DNA from: Bacteroidota bacterium
GTDB taxonomy: Bacteria; Bacteroidota; Ignavibacteria; UBA10030; UBA8401
Reading direction: 5' to 3'
Length of the DNA: 64,000 nt
Assembly (NCBI GenBank): GCA_013361065.1
Contig: JABWAK010000002.1
Span: forward strand, 2,273 to 66,272
Position numbers and translations under genes: made by a program. Shown here piece by piece: positions 46,205 through 55,679 of the stretch (within the stretch, counting starts at the first letter, position 1; each line of letters begins with the position of its first letter). The notes below the pieces were generated by a model that worked only from the letters and a program-made list of their open reading frames with translations, was not told the origin of the DNA and ran no database searches.

Positions 46205-46620
46205 ATTGAAAGATTATCAAGATTACAAGATTCAAAAAAACGGAAACACATAGAAACAGAGGAAGCATAGAAGAACAGTAAAGCAATTGAAAGATTATCA
46301 AGATTACAAGATTATCAAGATGGCAAGATTCAAATAGCGGAAACACATCGGAACATAGGAAACATAGAAGAGCGGAAATGCGATTGAAAGATTATCAAAA
46401 TTGCAAGATTCAAAAACGGAAACACATAGGAACATAGGAAACATAGAAGAACGGTAAAGCAATTGAAAGATTATCAAGATTACAAGATTCAAAAAACGGA
46501 AACACATAGAAACATAGGAAACATAGAAGAGCGGAAAAGCAATTGAAAGATTATCAAGATTACAAGATTCAAAAAACGGAAACACATAGAAACATAGGAA
46601 ACATAGAAGAGCGGAAAAGC
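46205..46620. repeat. Tandem array of five ~80-bp A-rich units
   Basis: Units start at 46205, 46286, 46383, 46462 and 46542. Consensus ATTGAAAGATTATCAAGATTACAAGATTCAAAAAACGGAAACACATAGAAACATAGGAAACATAGAAGAGCGGAAAAGCA. Units 4 and 5 are identical over 79 nt. Confidence 0.95.
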
Positions 46621-46648
46621 GAAAACATTGAATGAAGGATGGACCACG

Positions 46649-47623
46649 ATGAAAGAGATGATGAAAGCGGCGCTCTATTATGAATACGGCGGGCCGGAGG
46701 TGGTGAAGATCGGTACCGCACCGAAACCGATGCCGAAAGAGGATGAGGTGCTCATCCGCGTCCACGCAAGCACGGTCAACAGGACCGACTGCGGATTCCG
46801 TTCGGCGGAGTATACGATCGTCCGTCTCTTCGGCGGACTGTTCCGTCCCAAACTCAACATCCTCGGCTGTGATTTCGCCGGAGAGATCGCTGCGGTCGGG
46901 AGCGCGGTGAGCAGCTATGCACCGGGCGACCGAGTGGTGGGATTCGAGGAGTGGAAATTCGGCGCACATGCGGAGTACATCATCCAGAAAGCGAACCAGC
47001 CGTTCACGCGCATTCCGGACGGGATGACGTACGAACAGGCAGCGCCGATCCTGGAGGGGGCGCACTATGCGCTGAACAATCTCCGCGCTGCCGGCATCGC
47101 TCCCGGACAGCGCTGGCTCATCAACGGCGGCACCGGTGCGATCGGTTCCGCCGCGGTCCAGCTGGCAAAGTATTTCGGCGCGCATGTAACGGCGGTCTGC
47201 GCCGGCAGCCACAGGGAGCTGGTCCGTTCCCTCGGTGCCGATGATGTGATCGATTATCAGAGCGAGGATTTCACCCGACGGCCGCAGCGGTTCGATGTGG
47301 TGTTCGATGCCGTCGGTGCGCGGACCTTCGGCGAATGCAAACCGGTCCTGACCCCGAAAGGGATCTACATGTCCACCGAACTCGGTCCCGGTTCACAGAA
47401 CCCGTTCCTCGCCCTGATCACCCCCTTCACCGGCGGCAGGAAGGTCCTTTTCCCCATCCCCACCCTCACAGTGGAGGATGTGGAGTTCATTGTCCGCCTT
47501 GTGACCGAAGGGAAATTCCGTCCGCTTGTCGACAGGACCTATCCTTTGGACCGGATCGTGGAAGCCTATGCGTATGTGGAAACGAGGATGAAGATCGGGA
47601 ATGTGGTGCTGACGATCCCGTAG
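46649..47623 (+). CDS. NAD(P)-dependent oxidoreductase, zinc-independent MDR/quinone-reductase family
   Basis: YGGPEV, EVLIRVHA.TVNRTD, LGCDFAG, INGGTGAIGSAAVQLAK and VDRTYPL. Confidence 0.92.
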   Translation: MKEMMKAALYYEYGGPEVVKIGTAPKPMPKEDEVLIRVHASTVNRTDCGFRSAEYTIVRLFGGLFRPKLNILGCDFAGEIAAVGSAVSSYAPGDRVVGFEEWKFGAHAEYIIQKANQPFTRIPDGMTYEQAAPILEGAHYALNNLRAAGIAPGQRWLINGGTGAIGSAAVQLAKYFGAHVTAVCAGSHRELVRSLGADDVIDYQSEDFTRRPQRFDVVFDAVGARTFGECKPVLTPKGIYMSTELGPGSQNPFLALITPFTGGRKVLFPIPTLTVEDVEFIVRLVTEGKFRPLVDRTYPLDRIVEAYAYVETRMKIGNVVLTIP

Positions 47624-47741
47624 CGATGCGGCGGGGACCTTCCCGGACTTCGGACCGGGCATGGTGACGGAAAATTATTGAACTTCGTCCTGCGGCGCGG
47701 TGTTATCCAGAACATCCATTGAATCTCAGCCGCGAACGACC

Positions 47742-48218
47742 ATGACGATCTACACCCTTGAACAACAGCAATTCCTTCCTATCTCCCTGGACCAGGCCTG
47801 GGAGTTCTTCTCCAATCCCCACAATCTGAAGGATATCACCCCGCCGTCGATGGACTTCCGGGTGATCTCGGAGACCGGCTATGAAACGTATGCCGGGCTC
47901 ATCATCCAGTACACCGTGAAGCCGATGTTCGGCATCCCGGTCCGCTGGGTCACCGAGATCACGCATGTCCGGGCGCCGCACTTCTTCGTGGACGAGCAGC
48001 GGTTCGGTCCGTACACCTTCTGGCACCATCAGCATCTCTTCCGCGCGGTGCCGGGCGGCGTGGAGATGAAGGATATCGTCAGCTACGCCCTGCCGTTCGG
48101 TCCCCTCGGCAGACTGGTGCGGGAACTGATCGTGAAACGGCAGCTGGAGCGGATCTTCGGATACCGGCGGAGCGTGCTGGAGAAACGGTTCCCGGGGGAC
48201 GCTGCCGGTTTATATTGA
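47742..48218 (+). CDS. SRPBCC-family protein
   Basis: AWEFFSNP.NL..ITPP, WVTEIT and FVDEQRFGPY.FWHHQH.F. Confidence 0.88.
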   Translation: MTIYTLEQQQFLPISLDQAWEFFSNPHNLKDITPPSMDFRVISETGYETYAGLIIQYTVKPMFGIPVRWVTEITHVRAPHFFVDEQRFGPYTFWHHQHLFRAVPGGVEMKDIVSYALPFGPLGRLVRELIVKRQLERIFGYRRSVLEKRFPGDAAGLY

Positions 48219-48242
48219 GGCAGGAAAACAGTATCTTTCTGC

Positions 48243-48956
48243 ATGACAATCTCCGGATCATGCATGGACAGAACGATGCAGCGCTGCGGCCTCCTTCTCA
48301 CATTCGCATTCCTCCTTCTCTCGTCCGCCGCCGCACAGCCTGCGGTGAAACTGAGCGGCATCCTGTTCGACCTCGGTCCGATCTTCCACGGTGACGTGAA
48401 ACAGGTGCCGCTGGTGATCACCAATACCGGCGACCAGCCGCTGCGCATCCTCGGCGTGGAGACCTCGTGCGGCTGCACCTCGGCCAAACAGCCGGCCGAG
48501 TTCATCGCTCCCGGCGCCTCCGATTCGGTGATCATCAGTTTCAACTCGCTCGGATTCTCCGGCCGCATCACCAAGATCGTCACCATCCGGACCAACGACC
48601 CGCGTCAGCCGTACTCGGAAGCACGCATCACCGGCACCGTCACCTCCGTGCTGGAAACGGTCCCGCCGATGCAGGTGGTGAACTTCGGAGGTTCCCCGGT
48701 CGGCACGACGACGACAGTGGACATCACTTTCCGCAACACACTCGATGAACCGGTGACCATCACCCGGATCGCCGTACCGGACACCGCTGTGCGCACCGCA
48801 TTCACCGCCGCTGAGGTCGCACCCGGCGCGGTGGTCTCCATCCCGTTCACCTTCACTCCCGCGAACCGTACATTCACGGAGAATTATCTGTACATCCACA
48901 CGTCCGACCCGCGGCAGCCGAAACTGCCGGTGCGGTACATGTACCTCGGACGATGA
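48243..48956 (+). CDS. DUF1573-domain secreted protein (two Ig-like domains)
   Basis: FDLG...NTGDQPLRI..V.TSCGCT...IAPG. Start is either 48243 or 48276. Confidence 0.82.
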   Translation: MTISGSCMDRTMQRCGLLLTFAFLLLSSAAAQPAVKLSGILFDLGPIFHGDVKQVPLVITNTGDQPLRILGVETSCGCTSAKQPAEFIAPGASDSVIISFNSLGFSGRITKIVTIRTNDPRQPYSEARITGTVTSVLETVPPMQVVNFGGSPVGTTTTVDITFRNTLDEPVTITRIAVPDTAVRTAFTAAEVAPGAVVSIPFTFTPANRTFTENYLYIHTSDPRQPKLPVRYMYLGR

Positions 48957-49963
48957 CCAATCCTGCACCGATCATGTCCTACACCGCCTCATCCACCCGT
49001 TACCAGTCCATGCAGTACCGCCGCTGCGGCAAGAGCGGCATCAAACTCCCGGTCATCTCGCTCGGTCTCTGGCACAACTTCGGTCATGTGGACGACCTGG
49101 AGAATGCGCGGACCATCCTCCGGCTGGCATTCGACATCGGCATCACGCATTTCGATCTGGCGAACAACTATGGTCCGCCGCCCGGCTCGGCGGAGGAGAA
49201 CTTCGGCACGATCATGAAACAGGACCTCCATCCGTACCGCGACGAGATGATCATCTCCACGAAGGCGGGATACTACATGTGGGAAGGACCGTACGGCGAA
49301 TGGGGATCGAAGAAGTATCTTGTCTCCAGCCTCGACCAGAGTCTGAAACGGATGGGACTGGAGTACGTGGATATCTTCTATCATCATCGTCCGGACCCGG
49401 GAACGCCGCTGGAAGAGACGATGTCCGCGCTCGACCTGATCGTCCGCCAGGGCAAAGCGCTCTACGCCGGCATCTCCAACTACAAAGCGGAGGATGCGGC
49501 GAAAGCGATCGCGATGCTGCGGGAACTCGGCACACCCTGCCTCATCCATCAGCCGAAGTATTCGATGTTCGAACGGTGGGTGGAAGGGGGACTGCTGGAT
49601 GTGCTGGGCACGGAAGGGGTCGGCTGCATCCCGTTCTCGCCGCTGGCGCAGGGACTGCTCACCGACCGCTACCTGCACGGCATCCCGGCCGATTCGCGTG
49701 CCGGCCGCTCCGGCATCTTCCTGAAACCGGCACAGATCACCGAAGAGAAGCTGGCGAAAGTGCGGGCACTCAATGATATCGCGCAGCAGCGCGGACAGAC
49801 ACTGGCGCAGATGGCGCTCGCCTGGGTGCTGAAGGATGAGCGGGTCACCTCCGTGCTGATCGGCGCCAGCAAACCGTCCCAGGTGACCGATGCTGCCGGG
49901 GCGCTCAGCCGCGGTCCGTTCACTGCGGGTGAACTGGCCGCCATCGAAGCGATCCTGGCATGA
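48953..49963 (+). CDS. mgrA: Aldo/keto reductase, L-glyceraldehyde-3-phosphate reductase type
   Basis: YRRCGKSG.KLP.ISLGLWHNFG, HFDLANNYGPPPGSAE, ISTKAGY.MW.GPYGEWGS.KYL and FSPLAQGLLT. Confidence 0.92.
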   Translation: MTNPAPIMSYTASSTRYQSMQYRRCGKSGIKLPVISLGLWHNFGHVDDLENARTILRLAFDIGITHFDLANNYGPPPGSAEENFGTIMKQDLHPYRDEMIISTKAGYYMWEGPYGEWGSKKYLVSSLDQSLKRMGLEYVDIFYHHRPDPGTPLEETMSALDLIVRQGKALYAGISNYKAEDAAKAIAMLRELGTPCLIHQPKYSMFERWVEGGLLDVLGTEGVGCIPFSPLAQGLLTDRYLHGIPADSRAGRSGIFLKPAQITEEKLAKVRALNDIAQQRGQTLAQMALAWVLKDERVTSVLIGASKPSQVTDAAGALSRGPFTAGELAAIEAILA

Positions 49964-50092
49964 CCGGCGCCGCAGATCGTCCGGGGTCGTTACAGCATTC
50001 TCATAGCGTTACCGTTGCACTCCTGTTCCTTTGTCGCTACATTCATCAGCACGACCGATCATTGACCGTTCCATCACACCGATCCCGCACCG

Positions 50093-51289
50093 ATGCAGCC
50101 TGAACCGGCCGACCTGCAGACACTCTACGAACGCCTCCGCGAAAGCGAGGAGAAGTACCGCCGTCTGGTGGAGAATGCGGCGGATGTCATCTACCGGACA
50201 GACGGCGAGGGACGGTTCATCTACGTCAATCCGGTCAGTCTGAAGATCTTCGGATACTCCGAAGAGGAGTTCATGGGCCGGCACTATCTGGAATTGATCC
50301 ATCCCTCCTTCCGCAACAAAGCGCGGCAGTACTACGCTACACAGTTCTTCAACGGTCAGTTCACGTCGTACCTGGAATTCCCGGCGGTGACGAAGGACGG
50401 ACGGGAGTTCTGGTTGGGTCAGAACGTCCAGCCGCTGATGGAGGAAGGGCAGATCATCGGATTCCAGGCGGTGGCGCGCGACATCACGGACCGGGTGCAT
50501 GCCGAGGAGGCGATGCGGCGTTCGGAGGAGGAGGTGCGGAAACTCAATGCCGAACTCGAACAGCGGGTGCGGGAGCGGACGGCGCAGCTGGAGAACGCCA
50601 ACCATGAACTGGAGGCGTTCAGTTACTCCGTCTCCCACGACCTGCGCGCACCGCTGCTCACCATCAACGGTTTCACGCAGTTCCTGGCGATGCATCTTGG
50701 TGACAAGCTGGATGATGAGGCGAAGCGCCTCCTCTCCATCATCCGCAGCAACACGCAGACCATGCAGCACCTCATCTCCGCCCTGCTGATGCTCTCCAAG
50801 ACCAACAAGAAGGAGCTGGAGATGACCGTCATCGACATGCAGGCGCTGGCGAAGGAGACCTACGAGGATATCGCGTCCGCAGAAGCGAAGGAACGCATCG
50901 TCATCGACATCCCGCCGATGCCCGAAGCGACCGGGGACCGGCTGCTGCTGCGGCAGGTCTGGACGAACTTGCTTTCCAATGCGATTAAATTTACTTTAGC
51001 GCAGGATGAACGGAGGATCACCCTCGGCGGACGGAGCGAGGAGCACCGGAACATCTATTTTGTGAAGGATTCAGGGGCCGGATTCGATATGAAGGATGCC
51101 GGGAAGCTGTTCGGCGTCTTCTCCCGGCTCCATACGGACGAACAGTTCGAGGGGACCGGGATCGGTCTCTCCATCGTCCGGCGCGCCATCCACCGCCATC
51201 ACGGGGAGGTCTGGGCCGAAGGGGAATTGGGTAAAGGAGCGACCTTCTCGTTCGCTCTGCCGCTGTCACCGCAGCCATTGCAGACGTAA
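50093..51289 (+). CDS. Cytoplasmic PAS-domain sensor histidine kinase
   Basis: PAS/PAC, H-box FSYSVSHDLRAPL, N-box NLLSNAIKF, D.GAGF and GTGIGL. Confidence 0.95.
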   Translation: MQPEPADLQTLYERLRESEEKYRRLVENAADVIYRTDGEGRFIYVNPVSLKIFGYSEEEFMGRHYLELIHPSFRNKARQYYATQFFNGQFTSYLEFPAVTKDGREFWLGQNVQPLMEEGQIIGFQAVARDITDRVHAEEAMRRSEEEVRKLNAELEQRVRERTAQLENANHELEAFSYSVSHDLRAPLLTINGFTQFLAMHLGDKLDDEAKRLLSIIRSNTQTMQHLISALLMLSKTNKKELEMTVIDMQALAKETYEDIASAEAKERIVIDIPPMPEATGDRLLLRQVWTNLLSNAIKFTLAQDERRITLGGRSEEHRNIYFVKDSGAGFDMKDAGKLFGVFSRLHTDEQFEGTGIGLSIVRRAIHRHHGEVWAEGELGKGATFSFALPLSPQPLQT

Positions 51290-51319
51290 GAACATTCCAT
51301 CATCGAAAGGACCATCATC

Positions 51320-51766
51320 ATGTCTGACCAACCGGTCAACATCCTCCTTGTGGAGGACAATCCTCATCACGCTGAACTTGCCATGAAGGCACTGAAGATG
51401 CACAACCTGGCCGAGAACTTCGTCTGGGTGAAGACCGGCGAGGATGCCGTCGATTTCATCCTTTGCCGGGGCGAGTTCGCATCGCGTACCATCGCCAATG
51501 CACCGAAGGTGGTGCTGCTGGACCTGAAGCTGCCCAAGAAGAGCGGTCTGGACGTCCTGCGGGAGATCCGCGCGGACGAACGGACCAAGGATATCCCGGT
51601 GGTGATGCTCACCACCTCCCGCGAGCAGAAGGATATCGTCGAAGGGCATAATCTGGGACTGAACGGCTATGTGGTGAAGCCGGACGATTTCGAGAAGTTC
51701 GCCGAAGCGATCCGCAACGTGGGATACTACTGGCTGGTGCTCAACCAGCAGCCGAAGAAGGCCTGA
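51320..51766 (+). CDS. Single-domain response regulator (Rcp1-like)
   Basis: ILLVEDN, LLDLKLP, VVMLTTS, YVVKP and YYWL.LN. Confidence 0.93.
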   Translation: MSDQPVNILLVEDNPHHAELAMKALKMHNLAENFVWVKTGEDAVDFILCRGEFASRTIANAPKVVLLDLKLPKKSGLDVLREIRADERTKDIPVVMLTTSREQKDIVEGHNLGLNGYVVKPDDFEKFAEAIRNVGYYWLVLNQQPKKA

Positions 51767-51857
51767 CCGTACCGCATCACGGTCACCGCAACGAACGTCA
51801 GCCCGCCCCTGTGTGCGGGCTGTTCGTTTTCCTCCCGCACCGATCATCCGTCACCGC

Positions 51858-53417
51858 ATGAAGAATACACGACGCAGCCGACTGCGACACCTCATCGTCA
51901 CCGCCATCCTCCTGTGCGCATCCGCCGCTCCGGCGAACGCTCAGGAGCATACCTCCAGGAACTCGCTCGACTGGTCCGGCACCTACACCGGCACCGTGCC
52001 GTGCGCGGACTGTGAAGGGATCGGTACGACCGTGCTGCTCCGCAGCAACGGCACGTTCCGGCTGGAGCAGGAATACCGCGGCCGGTCCGCTGCGGTCTTC
52101 ACGGACAGCGGACGCTTCCTCTGGAAGTCTGACGGCCGGACGATCGAACTGCGTCCGATGAACGGCGAGCGCCGTCTGTTCAGCGTCGGCGAGGAGAAGC
52201 TGACCATGCTGGACAAGAACGGACGACCGGTGCGCGGTCCGCTGGCACAGCATTATATCCTGACAAAGGAACGTCCGCTGCTGCCGCTCATCGACGAGGT
52301 GCTCCGTGCATCCGTCCGGCAGAGTCTTGCGATGGCTCGATCGCTGGAGGAGCGGCCCGGAATGCTCCCCCGGTCGACGGACAAGAACGGTGCGCTGGTC
52401 ACCTGCACGTCGCAATGGTGGACGAGCGGATTCTTCCCGGGAACGCTCTGGTATCTGTACGAGTCGTCCGGCAATGATACACTCCGGCGGTACGCGGAGA
52501 TGTTCACCCGCCGGGTGGAACGGGAACAGTACACCACGGACAATCACGATGTCGGGTTCATGATCAACAACAGTTACGGCAACGCGTACCGCATCACCGG
52601 GGATACGCTCTACCGCCGTGCATTGCTGAATGCATCGCGTTCCCTGCTCACCCGCTTCCATCCCGTCATCGGCGCCACGCGCTCCTGGGATACGCACACG
52701 CATAACCGTCACTGGCAGTTCGCGGTGATCATCGACAACATGATGAATATGGAACTGCTTCTGCGGAGCGCGGCTGAGTTCTCCGAGCCCTCCTTCACCG
52801 CTGCGGCCCGTTCGCATGCCGGCGTCACGATGCGGCACCACTTCCGTCCAAACGGAAGCAGCTACCATGTGGTCAGCTATGATACGGTCACCGGACAACC
52901 GCACCGGAAGCAGACCGCACAGGGCTACAGTGATTCGTCCGCTTGGGCGCGCGGTCAGGCGTGGGGATTGTACGGGTTCACCATGATGTACCGTTTCACC
53001 CGCGACACCGCCTATGTGCGGCAGGCGGAACGGATCGCCGACTTCATTCTGCATCATCCCCGCCTCCCTGCGGATAAGGTGCCGTACTGGGACTTCGATG
53101 CTCCCTCCATACCGGATGCACCGCGCGATGCATCGGCGGCCGCCATCATCGCCTCCGCTCTCATCGAACTGAGCCGGTACACTGCACCGGAGCGGCGCAG
53201 GGAGTATCTCCGTATCGCGGAACTGCAGCTCCGCTCCCTCAGTTCACCGGAGTACCGGAATGCACCGGGCACACATGCGAACTTCCTTCTGCGGCACAGC
53301 GTCGGCAGCATTCCGCACAAGAGTGAGATCGATGTACCGGTCTCCTACGCTGACTATTATTTTGTCGAAGCACTTCTTCGGATGAAGAACATACTGGCAG
53401 AAGAACAGCATCGGTAA
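51858..53417 (+). CDS. Fusion of an NlpE N-terminal (copper-resistance, CxxC) domain and a GH88 unsaturated glucuronyl hydrolase
   Basis: SRNSLDWSGTYTGTVPCADCEGI...LDKNG...YILTK, then WTSGFFPG, HDVGF, IIDNMMN.ELL, WARGQAW, RDASAAAI and YADYYFVEAL in one uninterrupted frame. Confidence 0.85.
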   Translation: MKNTRRSRLRHLIVTAILLCASAAPANAQEHTSRNSLDWSGTYTGTVPCADCEGIGTTVLLRSNGTFRLEQEYRGRSAAVFTDSGRFLWKSDGRTIELRPMNGERRLFSVGEEKLTMLDKNGRPVRGPLAQHYILTKERPLLPLIDEVLRASVRQSLAMARSLEERPGMLPRSTDKNGALVTCTSQWWTSGFFPGTLWYLYESSGNDTLRRYAEMFTRRVEREQYTTDNHDVGFMINNSYGNAYRITGDTLYRRALLNASRSLLTRFHPVIGATRSWDTHTHNRHWQFAVIIDNMMNMELLLRSAAEFSEPSFTAAARSHAGVTMRHHFRPNGSSYHVVSYDTVTGQPHRKQTAQGYSDSSAWARGQAWGLYGFTMMYRFTRDTAYVRQAERIADFILHHPRLPADKVPYWDFDAPSIPDAPRDASAAAIIASALIELSRYTAPERRREYLRIAELQLRSLSSPEYRNAPGTHANFLLRHSVGSIPHKSEIDVPVSYADYYFVEALLRMKNILAEEQHR

Positions 53418-53605
53418 TTTTCTTGCTCTGAAAGGCATCATCGGGAGGATGAAGGTAGCTCGGATAAGGAAAAATTTGCGAATTTGGACAAAAATGTCGG
53501 TTTTTAAGTTGCACGTGTTTACGTAGTTGTTTTTGATCATTCCGGTTGTTTATTTTGGCTTTGGACAGGTATCATTCCAATGTCTCATACCGGGGGGATC
53601 AGCAC

Positions 53606-54031
53606 ATGCCGCACCAGACATCCTTCGATACATCTGCTGGGATCATCATCAACACCTTGACCGGAACCGTCGACACCGGATTGCTGCGGACCGTGTTGAA
53701 AGGATCAGCGGAAGCCTGGCGCACGACACAGTACACGCGCTGGCTGAACGATCTGAGCAATGCCGAGGACCGGTTGACGACGCTGGACATCTACGACCTG
53801 CCGAAGTATATGGAGGAACTCCGCAAGACGACCGGCGTACCGATCCACAATATCCGGATCGCCGTGGTGGTGCAGTCGCGGACATCGGAGCATCTGTTCG
53901 CAGAAATGGTCAGTGCGAACCGCGGACAGAATATCCGGGTCTTTCTCGACCAGCCTTCCGCTCGGGAATGGCTGGTGAATACGCTCGGCAGAACGGTTCC
54001 GGCTCCCCCCTCCCCGCTCAGCAGGATGTGA
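53606..54031 (+). CDS. Hypothetical protein (SpoIIAA/STAS-like)
   Basis: GGGGGA SD. L.DL...RIAVV...NRG.NIRVF....AREWL pattern shared with 35357-35737. Confidence 0.62.
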   Translation: MPHQTSFDTSAGIIINTLTGTVDTGLLRTVLKGSAEAWRTTQYTRWLNDLSNAEDRLTTLDIYDLPKYMEELRKTTGVPIHNIRIAVVVQSRTSEHLFAEMVSANRGQNIRVFLDQPSAREWLVNTLGRTVPAPPSPLSRM

Positions 54032-54102
54032 CCGCCGCCCGCACGGTTAAACGTCCCCATCCTGCTGATTGTCCAATCCGCACTGAACAATACAAGGCTT
54101 TC

Positions 54103-55443
54103 ATGACGTTCCGTCCGCTCCTTCTCGCACTCATCCTCATCATTCATACCGCTGCAGCGCAGCAGCTCTATTTCCCGCCGCTCACCGGAGCACAGTGGGA
54201 CACGCTCTCCCCTGCATCGCTCGGATGGAACACCGCCGCGATACCGGAACTCTATTCGTTCCTGGAGAGCAGCAACTCCAAAGCATTCATCGTTTTGAAG
54301 GACGGGAGGATCGTGCTGGAGAAATACTTCGGGACCTTCACACGGGACAGCAACTGGTACTGGGCCTCGGCGGGGAAATCGATGACCTCGTTCCTGATCG
54401 GCATCGCGCAGCGCGAGGGCTCACTGTCGATCAACGATACAAGCTCGCGATGGCTCGGCACCGGATGGACCTCTCTTCCTTTGGACAAGGAGCGGAAGAT
54501 CACCGTGCGGCACCAGCTGACGATGACGAGCGGACTGGACGACGGGGTGGCGGACGATGACTGCACCCTTCCCGGCTGTCTGGTGTACAAAGCGGATGCC
54601 GGAACGCGGTGGGCGTATCACAACGCGCCGTACACTCTGCTCGACTCCGTGATCCACTATGCCGCCGGAACGACGCTGAACCTTTTCTTCATCAACCGGG
54701 TCCGTTCCAAGACCGGCATGAACGGCGGATATCTGCGGAACGGATACAACAACGTACTCTACTCCACCCCGCGCAGTATGGCCCGGTTCGGTCTACTGAT
54801 GCTGAACAAGGGATACTGGGGCACGACCGCCATCCTGGATGATACAGCATACATCAATGCGATGACCCGGTCCTCCCAATCCCTCAACCCTTCGTACGGG
54901 TACCTCTGGTGGCTGAACGGTAAGAATTCCTACATGGTGCCGGGACTCCAGACCGTCATCCCCGGTCCGCTCGCCCCGGCGGCTCCGTCCGGTATGTACG
55001 CAGCGATGGGAAAGAACGGTCAGTTCATCAATATCGTGCCGGAGATGGGATTGGTGATGGTGCGGATGGGGGATGCGCCGGACAACTCGCTGGTGCCGTT
55101 CCTGCTGAACAATGATATCTGGGTGCGGCTGAATGCTGTGATCAGCGGACCGTCCGGCGCTGATCGGCCGGCTGCAGTACCATCATTCACCTTGTCGCAG
55201 AATTTCCCGAATCCATTCAATCCTTCGACCTCGATGCAGGTCACGCTGCCGCAGGAGGCACCGGCGGAGCTGCGGATCTTCAATGCGCTCGGACAGGAGG
55301 CTGCGCTGCTCCATTCAGGGGTCCTTGCTGCCGGCACACACACGTTCCGGTGGGATGCGTCGTCATTTGCCGGAGGGGTCTATCTGTGTCGGTTACAGTC
55401 AGAAGGCGTTGTACGGACGATAAAACTCGTCGTAGTGAAATGA
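54103..55443 (+). CDS. Serine hydrolase (beta-lactamase class C-like) with a T9SS C-terminal domain
   Basis: Signal peptide, SAGK (SxxK), LTMTSGL, YHN and YGYLWW. LSQNFPNPFNPST...KLVVVK marks the sorting domain. Confidence 0.9.
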   Translation: MTFRPLLLALILIIHTAAAQQLYFPPLTGAQWDTLSPASLGWNTAAIPELYSFLESSNSKAFIVLKDGRIVLEKYFGTFTRDSNWYWASAGKSMTSFLIGIAQREGSLSINDTSSRWLGTGWTSLPLDKERKITVRHQLTMTSGLDDGVADDDCTLPGCLVYKADAGTRWAYHNAPYTLLDSVIHYAAGTTLNLFFINRVRSKTGMNGGYLRNGYNNVLYSTPRSMARFGLLMLNKGYWGTTAILDDTAYINAMTRSSQSLNPSYGYLWWLNGKNSYMVPGLQTVIPGPLAPAAPSGMYAAMGKNGQFINIVPEMGLVMVRMGDAPDNSLVPFLLNNDIWVRLNAVISGPSGADRPAAVPSFTLSQNFPNPFNPSTSMQVTLPQEAPAELRIFNALGQEAALLHSGVLAAGTHTFRWDASSFAGGVYLCRLQSEGVVRTIKLVVVK

Positions 55444-55609
55444 AAATGTGTAGTGAAAGATGTCGTGCGAGAAGAACAATACAGCCATTCCAATATTATC
55501 AGAATTATCAAGATTGCATGATTGAGTCGTGGAGTAAAGTTGGGGGAAAAGCGATTGGAAGTTTATCAGAATTAGCTGAAGAATAAAGTGAAAACACAAA
55601 GAAATATGT

Positions 55610-55653
55610 CTGATTACTGATTACTGATAGCTGATCACTGACAGCTGAAAGCT
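55610..55653. repeat. Six tandem heptamers CTGANNR
   Basis: CTGATTA CTGATTA CTGATAG CTGATCA CTGACAG CTGAAAG. Confidence 0.85.
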
Positions 55654-55679
55654 TTTTCCGCGCCTATCTGTTTTGCTGT

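Noticed and set aside
46205..46620. Possible CRISPR array
   Set aside because: The units repeat end to end with no unique spacers, and there are no cas genes in the window.
54103..55443. Bona fide beta-lactam resistance gene
   Set aside because: The SxxK/YxN fold is shared by many esterases and peptidases. A T9SS-sorted family member cannot be called a beta-lactamase from sequence alone.
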